A model generated the notes under the pieces. The model ran no database searches. It saw only the letters and a list, made by a program, of their open reading frames with translations, and had not been told where the DNA came from. DNA of 63,441 nt, the filler included, from Octopus bimaculoides (taxonomy: Eukaryota), in assembly GCF_001194135.2 (NCBI RefSeq). It is 4 parts of 3 records of this genome, joined end to end, with 100 filler letters (N's around TTAATTAATTAA, not from the genome) between each part and the next. Parts side by side here need not be neighbours in the genome. Positions count along the whole stretch, not along the records: positions 11,792 to 41,059 come from NC_068981.1; 3 more parts are not named here. One strand, given 5' to 3'. Below, in pieces: positions 25,201 through 37,200 of the stretch. The first letter of the stretch is position 1; every line of letters starts with the position of its first letter. The translations under genes were made by a program, and so were the position numbers.

Positions 25201-28200
25201 TATCTGCTAATTCCATATTTCTTTAGAGCTTTCAACTAAACTATTGTGTAATATAATAATTATAGTTACTAGTTTATATTTGTAATTATCAGAAAAGTCA
25301 CAGATAGGCAAGTTGATACTGTGGTGAACTAACTACTAGCCAAAGAATTAATAATTGGTACCTGACAGCCTATTTTTTGGAGACATCGCTGTAAGACCAG
25401 GAGATACCTATAATTAGTGAATGTTTGGATATTTTGAAATGCTGATTTTGTGTCTTCTTAAGGCTTTAAGAAGGTAACAGGATGCTATTATGTACTACAT
25501 AGTATCAGATTAGAATCTCCAAACACTTTGATATAGATTCAGGTTCTGGTTCTGATAATAATCTAGCCTAACATGTGGTAATAACTGAATGGAGTATATG
25601 TAGTTAATGTATAGTTTCTATTCCAATATGTTAGTATTTAAGATGGGAAAACATGTTTAAAGAAAATATTCCAGAGACATTCAATTCACAAGAAGTACTG
25701 GACAAAGTATGGGTCAGTAAATAGTAGAATCATGTTCATAAGCTTCATACAAGTGGTATGAAGTCTGCAAGTTCTGAAGATAAGACCATTGTAATAAAAA
25801 AATAGTTTTTTATAATTATTCATAAATTTGTATATTTTTTTTAATGAAATATCAAATATTTTTTATAACTTTGAAAAAAAAAAGCCATTACTGTCTTATA
25901 GAAATTATGTATTCAGTTTTCCCAGTGATAAGTGTAATGTTGGCAATTCTTTCATTTCTGTTTCTTTATTCTTTTTTTACAGTGGCACAGATTTTAGTTT
26001 GCCTGATCTTTGTCTTCATATTTCTGAACCCGTTACTTCAAAGTCATTATATCAATATTTGCCATCTTTCTCTTGCCTAATTCTTTCTCCTGCCAATTTG
26101 TGGAATTCAGATAGTAACCAGTAAGTAACAACTTCTCAATCATGTAACTATTTTTTTATGATGTGTGTGTGTATGTGATGCATGATGTGTGTGTGATGTG
26201 TTTGTAAGTTGTTTTGTCTGTATTTTGGACTAAGATAATTTTTGTGCATCCCCTTCAAAGGCATTAATCAAAGGCATTACCCTGAGACATTCAATGCCTG
26301 ATGACTAGATTGGGAGGTGGAAACCACATAGACTCCAGTTACATTCATGTGTGTGTAATTGTGTGTGCATGTTTTCACTTGTGTCTGAATACTTGCATTC
26401 TGCATCTTCACATGGAACATCTTGAGCCAAAACAGTGGCGTTATGTTGACATTCCTTGTTAGCAAATTGTTTTGTTGCTCTATACTTTCAAAGACATGTA
26501 GAAGAAAAAGTCCCTTGCTTGAAAACAAGTAAGAGTTAACAAAAGAAAGCATTCAAATAATTTTATCTGTTGTTTTACCTTGGTGTGTGCCAGAATGTTG
26601 TACTGTATATGCTTATATTTTCTTTCATTAACTAATTTTATACATATTCTCACAAGATGACACCAAAAAAGGCTAGTAGATAGTGAAATGATTAAAAAGA
26701 AGCATGAAATTCCAAATGAAGTTTTGTGGTGACAATAAGTCTGCTTTTTTTTACAAAGCTGATCCTAACTTCTACTACTAAATACTATTGATCAACAAAC
26801 TGAATAATTCCTTCATTTAGTGCAATCTAAAATGTTGAGATTCAAACAATAATATTGTTTTTTTACTTTGAATACAAAACAAATTTCAATAAGTAATCAT
26901 TCTCACTTTTTGCTTGTTTTTTTTTTCTGCTATAATTTTTTCACACTGCTCCATGATTGATAATGTAAACATGTTTACTAATGTGAATAATTTGTTGCAT
27001 TTATTTTAAAGGTTTAAATCTGATGACAAGTTTATAAAAACTGTTACACAAAAGTTTGGCCAACCATTAGACACTCCTCCGACTATTCAAGGTGAGCATT
27101 TTTAGCATGTGGCTAATTAAAACATTTGATTAATTTCAAGGAGTTGAGAGTAAATAACAGCACAATTGAGTTAGCTTAAAATAAAATATTTCTAACAAGG
27201 AATATAATAAACAATTTACATGTTTTTTTTACTCAATAAATGGCAATGAAATATTAAAGTGACTTTCAAATTAGATGGGCTTTTAAGAAAAAATATTTGC
27301 TATCATGACTAAACTGCTTTCATGTTGTAGATCTGAAATCTGAGTTGATGATGTTGCATTAAAAAAAAAACTATAGGAACAAATATAAATATGAAGACAA
27401 TTTTTATTTGCATTCTGACTACAAAATATTGTTGCTTATCCATAACTTACAGATATACTCTTTGGAGTTCCTTGGAAAGAAACTGGTGTAAAAAGGTTTT
27501 ATATCCGCAACCGACAGAGGATAATATCTTTTGCTGTTACCATCATCTTCAAATCATACAATCAAAAGTAAGATTTTGTTGGGGTTTTTTTTTTCATTAT
27601 TACTTGTAATTTTAAAAATAAATGTACCCAAAAATAATTTGTTTCAAAATCTGTTTTTATATTTTTATTTTTATATTCTTTGATTGAGTTACTGTTGTAT
27701 TATTTAGTTTCTTGAAACTACCTCGCCCTGTCATCACCTGGTATAAACTTACCTCTCTCTGTTGCGGGTCCTGCCTTGCAAGTTATGTGGGTGACCCCAC
27801 TAGAGCTGGTGCCATATAAAAAGCACCTAGTACATTCTGAAATGGTGTTAGGAAGGGGATTCAGCTGTAGAGACCATACCACCAGCACGGAAGATGAATG
27901 TTAAATGATGATGAGATGGAGGGGGAAACCCATTTTTAAGGATTTTATTTTTGTTCAAACTTTGTTACTCTCATAAGTCTGATGTTTATGTTTTTAAAGT
28001 TTGTAACCTAGTGTTGTCGATGAGAGACCATACACTAACAAGTGACTTCTTTTTTGCCTTAAACCTATAATTAGACAATCTCATTAGTTCCTAATGAAAC
28101 TTGGAGAGCTGTAATAAACAGGAAGATACTGAGAATTGAGACTTAATGGACACTTATCTGCATGCTAAATTCTTCACTGAAACCATTACTAACTCTCACC

Positions 28201-31200
28201 TTGCTGAAAGCATCTATATGATGAATGGATCTTAAATGCTGTCCATCTACACTAAGATTTCTTAGTGAACACCAGACTACGAAGCATGTACCCTGTGAAA
28301 GGTCTCTAAGTCTACAAGTACTTGGTATAGTAAATTGCTCTATGCTTAAACCTTTTCCTGTAGTTACCTCTCTAGAAAGACAGCCTTGTGTCTTGACACA
28401 AAACCTAACTGCATTTCGTATAGGTTAATTTTTTTGTAGTTGTTGTTTTCATAACTTGGCTTATCAGTTTCATGCCTTTAAATCTCATCTAAGCTGATTC
28501 TTTTCCTAATCATTTGAGCTGAGACTCTTTCTGTTACTTTCATAACTTGGTCCATGATTTGGGTACTCCTGTAATTGCTATTTTGAGAACATCTCTTTGC
28601 ATTGTCCTTTAATTCTACAGTGAGAATAACTAGTCAGTTCAATCTCTGGAATGCATATATATTTAAAGCTATTTAGTTACTTTAGACATATCAAATGTTG
28701 CTGTTAAGTACTATTTGGTTTAGACTTAAGAGTTTTAGCAAGTCATATAAACAACCACAGAATATTCAGTTTTGAGCTTATTTAAAATAAAAAAATTCAG
28801 TATGAATCAGAAATTAGCTAAAGAGGATTTCAGTTCCCTTTTGACTACTTTTCATGCATGTTATATATCTAAGTCACCTATTCTGTTCTAAATTAGTTAC
28901 CTTATAAACATTGTGTTACAGAATATGAGGATGCATCTATCAATCCGTCTACATAGAATTTAACCTAAAGCAATTTTTAACAGCAAGACAAAGAATATTT
29001 TGATATCCATAATGCATTCATTTGCATATACGTTTTTTTTTCTTTTTCTTTATAGGTTCCATGAAAGTTTAAGACATACGTTGGAAAAAACTTTACCTGG
29101 GCGTATCCATAATGCCAATAATTCAGCCATTAATCATATTGTCCATATTTATTTCAAAGATATCAACTATTTTGTTGAGTACACTCCACTAATGGTTACC
29201 TACTTGGTACTTCTTTTATATATATACTTTTCTGTCCGTGAGTAATTTTATTCTCATTTTATTACTTATTCTAATTGCATTAGGCCTTTCGATAATTTAC
29301 TGCTACACTCCTACTGCTTATAATTGAGTTGTATCTAAATTGCAATTAATTTGTTTAATATTCATCGTTTTGTTCTCCAGTGATAAATTTCATTTAAACC
29401 ATGTTGTTATTGCGACCTTAGGATTCTCTGTCACTTGGTCTGCTAGTAAAAGAACATCAGAGGCTCAGTAACTGAAGCCAACTAATTTTTGTTTAATGAT
29501 AAGAGTTTATTTAGACCATAAGAAATCAATGAGATTTTGGCAGCTGTCAATGATTAATTGAAAGTTTACTGGAAATGTTCTATTTAAATCAGTGAATCGT
29601 GGACTGTATGAATTTTGTTTATGTTCGTGGAAGCAGTGATCTCTTTCTTCATAGTAGGAATACCTTTTTATCAAAAGGACCTGTTAACCCTTTTGATACC
29701 ATATTTCTGCTCATTTCAGCTCATTTTGAAAAATTTAGTAAAATAACTTTTTCCTACTCTTTAGAACGTAAATTGACATGAAATTTTGATGGTAGATTTT
29801 AATTGAAATCACTTAATTTTTAATTGTATGTACATTTTTATTAGTCTTTAACAATAGCAAATTTTCTTCTTAAAAGGAAAAATCGAAATGGTGAAATCAA
29901 AATGGGGTCTCGCTCTAAGTGCTGTTGCTACAGTAATTGCATCCTTGTTAATGTCTGTTAGTATTTGTACAATGTTTGGATTGACAACAACGCTAAATGG
30001 AGGGTAAGTTCTTTTTAATTTAAATATAATTTTTTGTTCACATGTACAGTTAATATAAGGGTGATAATCATTTCTTAATATTTGGCGGGATTAGAAGTAT
30101 GAATTTGAAATTAAGAATAGGGAAAAAGATGCATAGAATATACGTTTTATTTATTTATTTTTGTTGCTTACTTACTGTGAAGTTCTTATTTTTAGTCAGT
30201 GGTAATCATGCATAGAACTATTTTATTCTTTTTAAAAACCATCAGCATAGAACCTATGAATTCTTTTTTACTGTAAGACAAAATTTTGGTTGCCTTTTTC
30301 TAATTACATATCATAAGTAAAATTTGGTTTTGCTTGAAGAATATAGGTTACTGTGAATTCAAAACATTATTTTAACCTTAAGCCAGATTCATGAGTCAAC
30401 ATTCCACATTCATCAGTGCCACTCATTTCATAGCTGAAAAACATTTACTTTGAAATGTGTAAATGTACTAAACTCTGTTGCTTGATCTGATATAATTTTT
30501 TTTTTCAGTGAAATCTTCCCATACCTTGTTGTCATTATTGGATTGGAAAATGTTCTTATTCTCACTAAATCTGTTGTGTCAACTCCAGTTCATTTAGAGG
30601 TTAAGTACAGAGTTGCTCAAGGTTTGTTCATTCATTTTGTTGTACTAGCCCTAATTTACCATACCTATGATTAAAGTTAGTCCTAATCGAGCAGATCTTC
30701 TCAAACATAATCCAGTCATTACCATGCCTGTTTTTTTTTCTTATTTTTAAGTGCATCCAGAACTATATTATGCAGTGTGCACATCTGTTTTTGTCATGGT
30801 AGGATAGGAGTCGAAAGAGATTTAGCTGCTGTTTCTTGCAGGCAGAACAACCACAGAGAAGATCCCTTGTTATTTTTGTAGTTTGTTGTTTACCTCTGGG
30901 TCAGCTTTGATGAAGCAGATATACTGTCAATAGACATTCCAACTGTGGTGGTCCTATTTTCTTATATACCAGAGACTACATTAGATAATAGGGTATGATT
31001 TAAAGATTTGGGTGTTATTTCTAGCAAACTGACGTACTACATAGAAGCTGCGTCTTTGGCTCTTTTTTCATGGTGTTCATGTGTCATTCTTGATATTGTA
31101 TGTTAAGGTGAAAATTGAACCCCTATTTTATTTTTTTAAATAACAGCAACAAAGAAAATTATTACTTTTTAATTGTATATTTTATTGTCTATAACAACTA

Positions 31201-34200
31201 TTATTTCACAATTTAAATCTGCTAACTGAATAAAAAGTTCATTAATATGATAATTTGTGTCAAATTCTGCCTAGGTTGACTTTGCCTTCCATCCTCTCAG
31301 GGTTGATAGAATAAGTATCAGTTGAGCACTGGGGTTGATGTAATTGTCTTACCCCTCCTGCAATATTGCTGGCCTTGTGTCAAAATTTGAAACAAATACG
31401 ATAATCTGTTTTACCTATTTATTATTTATTATTTTTTTGTTAAACTATTTTCTTACTTATAAGTTGTTTATATTGCACAAATCTGATTTTATGAATGTTA
31501 CTTTTATAGAAACGTTTTCTGTCTTTTGTAGGTCTCAGTAAAGAGGGTTGGTCAATTACTAAAAATCTTACTACAGAATTGCTTATCATTCTTGTGGGAT
31601 TCTTCACATTTGTTCCAGCCATTCAAGTAAGTTGTTCTATGCTAAATTAATTGGTGGTGATAATTTGGGTTTTTGTTAATTTATAAGTTATTTTATGGGA
31701 TAAAAAAAAATGCAATTTTATTAAAACATTCTTATATTCAATAGGAGTTTTGTCTGTTTGCTGTCGTTGGTTTGTTGACCGACTTTTTCCTGCAAATGGT
31801 GTTTTTTGCTACGGTTTTATCTGTGGACATCAGGAGGATGGAGGTAAAGGAGATTCTTTTTGCTTTTTCTATCTTTATCTTTTATTTGTTTCAGTGGTTG
31901 GACTGTGGCCATGCTGGGGCACCACCTTGAAGTTTTTAGTCAAATGAATTAACCCCAGTACTTTTTTTTGAGCCTGGTACTTATTCTACTGGTCCCTTTG
32001 CCAAACTGCTAAGCTGTGGAGATGTAAACAAACCAGCACTCATTGTCAGGCAGTGGTGGTGGACCAACACACACACACAAACCCATGTAATTTACATATT
32101 TGGGGTGGGGGGCAAAAATACAAATAAACTTTAAGGATGCGCAAATTAAATGAGTAGATTGTTTCCAGAATTTTTTTTAGAAATTTTGTTTTTGTTGAAA
32201 AAAATGTACAAAACGTAAATATTCATACTGGAAGTTGACTCATTCAAAAATAGGGGCTTGAATATAATGAAATTGACTTTTATATATGCTGGGCTGTATA
32301 ATGCTTACTTTTTCTGTAAAAATTTACTAAAACCATTAATCTTTATTGGTAATTAAACTTAATTTGCAACACCTATGCATATTTATCAGCTTTGTTTTTG
32401 TTGATAGTTCTTATCAACAACTTCTCCTGTGATTGTGATTTGAGAAAACATACAGTAGTATGCTAAAGATTGGACATAATCTCTTGTGGGCAAGAAATTT
32501 TAAATAAAGTTCATTGTAAACGACACAAGCACTTTGTAATTTAATAGCATTTAATGTGATAAATGTTAAACAGAAATTATTTTTTATCTAATGAAAATTC
32601 AATAAAATCTAATCATAAGTGTATTCTGCCACTGTTTCCATCTACCAAATTTCACAAATTATTGATTAATCTGAGACTATAGTAGAAGATACCTGTCCAA
32701 GGTGCAGCACACTGAGATTGAACCATACTTCTTATAGACACAGCCATGCCAATGCCTCTATCTTATGTCTTATTCTCTTTCACCTTTCAAACATCTTAAC
32801 ATGTTACCTAATTCTTTTCTCTCACTCCCTGTCTGTATGTTATTTTTCTTTATTTCAAACACATGAAGTTAGTTTTTGTTTCTCCAACTGTGACATACTG
32901 ATATATCAAGATTTTTCTTTTTTTAAATAGAAACATGAAATATATTTTGAAGTAAAGTTATATGCTATTTGTGAAGCTTATGAATATTTTACTTTGATTT
33001 TGTTTTTATTTTGAAAGTAGAATATGTTACTTTTCTAAACTATGTTATTAATTTTATTTATTAAATTCTATTTCTCACAGATATTAGTTTTTATACTTCT
33101 GATTCAAAACTATTTGTTTTCTAGTTGTCTGATCTTCAGAAACAAAACATCCATTCAAGTATCAGTGGTAACGAAGGTTCAAGTAACACGTACCCACCCA
33201 GGGAATCTTCATTCCACTCTCCTGTAATGTTTCTACAGGACACTCGGTCAATGCCAAAACAGCAGAAGGAAAAGCAAGTCAATGTTCCAAACAATGATCC
33301 GTCCCCATCATTTGCTCAGATGAGAGATGAGTTCTTTAACAGTCCAACAATTCTGGAGCTGCCAAGGCGCCTACAGATCTTGTTTTTCTTAGCTCGAACT
33401 AGAATAGTTCAACGAGTTATAATGGTAAGTAAACAAGGAAGTTGTTGCTTTGTTTTTTGTTTTTCAAAGAAAGATGAATAGGTTCTTCATTTTCATAAAT
33501 ATTGTTTAAATTTTGTCTGTTTTATCTATTAACATCATCATCTTCATCATCATCATCATCAACATTTAATGTCCGTTTTCCATGTTGGTATGGGTTGGAC
33601 AGCTTGACAGGAACTGGCAGGGCCAGAGTCTGCACAGGTTCCATAGTCTGTTTTAGCTTGATTTCTACAGCTGGATGTTCTTCCTAACATCAAACACTTT
33701 ATAGAGTGTACTGGGTGCTTTTTATATGCCACCAACATCAGTGCATCCGATTTGCATTGTGCTGTGTAGAACCAGTCTATCATGTAAAGTGAGGGATAAC
33801 TACATGGAAAATATATATCAAACTTAAGTTTTTGACATTAGGAAGATGACTCAACCATAAAATAATTTTAGTGTTTACTAGAAATGTTTGAATTTAACCC
33901 AATTAAATCCAATCCTGAATGACAAGAAAAAAAAATGTAACAATGTATTTTTTTATCTCACATAGAAAATGTTTAATACAAATAAATGTCCAAATAATAA
34001 TTAATAAATTTCAATTTCAATTAATTTTTCAGATGGGAACAGTCATTTGGATTATCTTGATTCTCTACAAAGCAGGTCTAATTGGTTACTCTTTGGTGGA
34101 TTCCATTATAGCTCTAGTATATGGTGGACTCTTTAAAAACTCTTCCTCGCACCAGAATGAAGAGCGCTTAATGGGAAAATATGATGATGATGCTGGCTCA

Positions 34201-37200
34201 GTAGAACATAAAGATTTGGAAATGTGGCGTAAATTATCTTACAAACATTTTCCAACTCTGTTTGGATATTATAACATCAGTATTTATGGAAGGTGAGCCA
34301 TTTTCAGCATTCTTTTTGAAATATGTGGATTAATTTTTTTTTATTCATCATTATCATTATTTTAACATTGTTTTTCTTTAGTGGCACAATTTTTGTTTAC
34401 ATCCGCAATACATGAATTTCAACCCTATAACATCTTATCCATTTCATCACTGGTGGGTAAAAAGTAAAGTCAATTATGATAGAATTTAAACTTCATTATA
34501 ATTTAACTGGTAATATTTAAAATAAGCAAATTTACTCTGTTGTATATTTTTCTATGCCAAGCTTTTCCAGAAACTTAATCTTCATTGCTATAATCTGTTA
34601 AGTCACAAAAATGATTCCATTTTACATAATGCATTTATTTGATTTTAGATTTGTCAGTATCCTGCCAACAATTCACCTTTCGGCTATTATAACCCCTGAA
34701 GAAGCTATCCAATCTCGTCATCCAAATGATATAGAAATGCTGAAGAAACAACAGAATGCTGTTGAAAGTGGTTGGGAAGAGTATTTGCCTGGAATGAAAA
34801 GTGGAGACACTGAAGGCAGTAATTCTCAATATTTTTCTGAAAGAGAGTTCTTCATAACTGTCTGTTTGGTACTACTGAGTTTCATCTTAATCTTTTATTT
34901 TATCATCACACGCTGTTCTGGCAGGTAAGAAATAGTATATTCTGTAAAATGATTTAAACTCTTTATTCTTCAGGTATTCTTTGCTTGATATTAATTTTGC
35001 TACAAAATACATCACAAAACATTTTTTTATTTTCTCTTTGCATAGAATATAATTTAGTAATGTGAACATTTGCATATTCTTAAAACAAGTAAGATAAGTG
35101 ACAACTTGGTGTTCTTTTTATTTTTCAATCAAGCCAGCACAGATGAAAACAAACAGCATTTTGTATTTTAACTAGAGATTAGCACAATTTCTACAGCAAT
35201 AAAAAACTCACAGCCATATGATCCTCTTTACTGCTGCAGAAATTGTTTTTTTAAATAATAAATATGTTGCTTGTTTAAATCCATAGACTTTTACTGCATG
35301 TTTCCAATACCTTGTATCAAAATTACAATCCCTTCACTCTTAGAAAACTTTCTAGTGAGAGAAGGGAGAGGAAGAGGTAGAATAATTATGAGATTAAGCT
35401 ACTGGACTACTCACTAGATAGTCATTAGCTTAAACCTTACCACTACAATCATTGCATTGTACATCATCATCATCATCATCATCATCATCGTTTAACATCC
35501 GTTTTCCATGCTGGCATGGGTTGGACGGTTTGACAGGTCTGGAGAGCCAGCAGTTGCACCAGGCTCCAATCTGATCTGGCAATGTTTTTACAGCTGAATG
35601 CCCTCCCTAATGTCAACCACTCCAAGAGTGTGGTAGGTGCTTTTTACATGTCACCGGCACAGGAGCCAGTCAGGCGGGCCTGGCATCGATCACATTCAGA
35701 TAGTGCTTTTTACATGCCACTGGCACACGGACCAGTTAGGGGGTACTGGCATTGGTCACGTTTAGTTAGTGTTTTTTATGTGCCTCCTGCACAGGAGCCA
35801 GTGAAGTGAACTTGGTATCGACCATGTTCGGATGGTGCTTTTTTTTTTGTCAAGCCTACACATGTCCTTAGTAGTCATGGTCCATGTTTCACAGCCATGT
35901 AGCATGACATTTCACACATATGCATCATGCAGTCTACCTTTCATCCTGAGCAAGAGGCCCTTAGTTGCCAGCAGAGGTAAGAGCTCCCTGAACTTTGCCC
36001 AGGCTATTCTTATTCTAGCCGCTACACTCTCAGATCAACCACCCCACCACAGACTTGGTCGCCTAGGTAGCAGAAGCTATTGACTACTTCTAGTTTCTCC
36101 CATTGGCATTTGATGGAATCTGTTGTCTGTACATCTCCAGTGTTTATTGCCCCTGTGCATCTTCCACACACAAAAGCTATTTTTCCGGTTAACCTTCCTT
36201 TGATATTGCTGCACCTTTTATGTGTCCATAGCTTACACTGTGTACATCGTATGGAGTTTCTACCCATGCCTTTTCTACAGATCGAGCAAGGCCTTCTACC
36301 TGAAGGGGATTGTGGTTTGACAACCTTCCTACTTACTAAGACTTTGGTCTTTGCTAGGTTAACCTTGAGGCCCTTTGATTCTAGACCTTGCTTCCACACC
36401 CTAAACTTCGTCTCTAGTTGTGGCAGTGACTCAGCTATAAGAGCAAGGTCATCAGCACAGAGGAGCACCCAGGGGCATCCTGTCTTGAATTCCTCTGTTA
36501 TTGCCTTGAGGACTATAATGAATAAGAAAGAGGGAGGCTGAGGACTGATCCTTGGCGAATCTCTACTTCTACACGGAATTCCTTACTATACTTGTTACCA
36601 ACCCTGGGAAAATCATATAATTGTTTGCTTCAGATTTTCCAGTTGATTAACATCTTTCATTCCTATGTAATTGCTGAGATGTTTACAGTAAAAAAAAGTT
36701 ATCCACTTCTTAATATTGGTGGGAAACTATTCAACTTAAACTAACATGATAAAATTGATACAAAACCTTAGAAATGCTGACCTTTAAGATACTTTATAAT
36801 TATGTTTGTTTTTAAACTAATTAATTTTAAAAAATAAATCTTGATAAAAGTACTCTCCATGCATAACAGATTTCATTACATTAAAACATTTTGTCTGTAG
36901 ATTCTCAAAATGGAGACAAACCTGGTGTAAATTTCGTCAGCGAAAGCAGAAAGTAGTTGAACAAACAAATAATTATATTCAACAAATCCATGAATCAATG
37001 CCACTTGTTTTAAAGGGTCATAGTCAGGTAAAAAAAATTTTCTAAATTTTAAAATTTGTTTATAATTCTATAGGCTTGGTAAACTCAGTAACAAAATACC
37101 TTGTGGTATTTGGTTTACATCCCTTTATATTCTGCTTATGTCCATTTACAGTTATTTCAACTTTGCATTTGGTTCCACAAAGTGCTCTCTATCTCTACAA

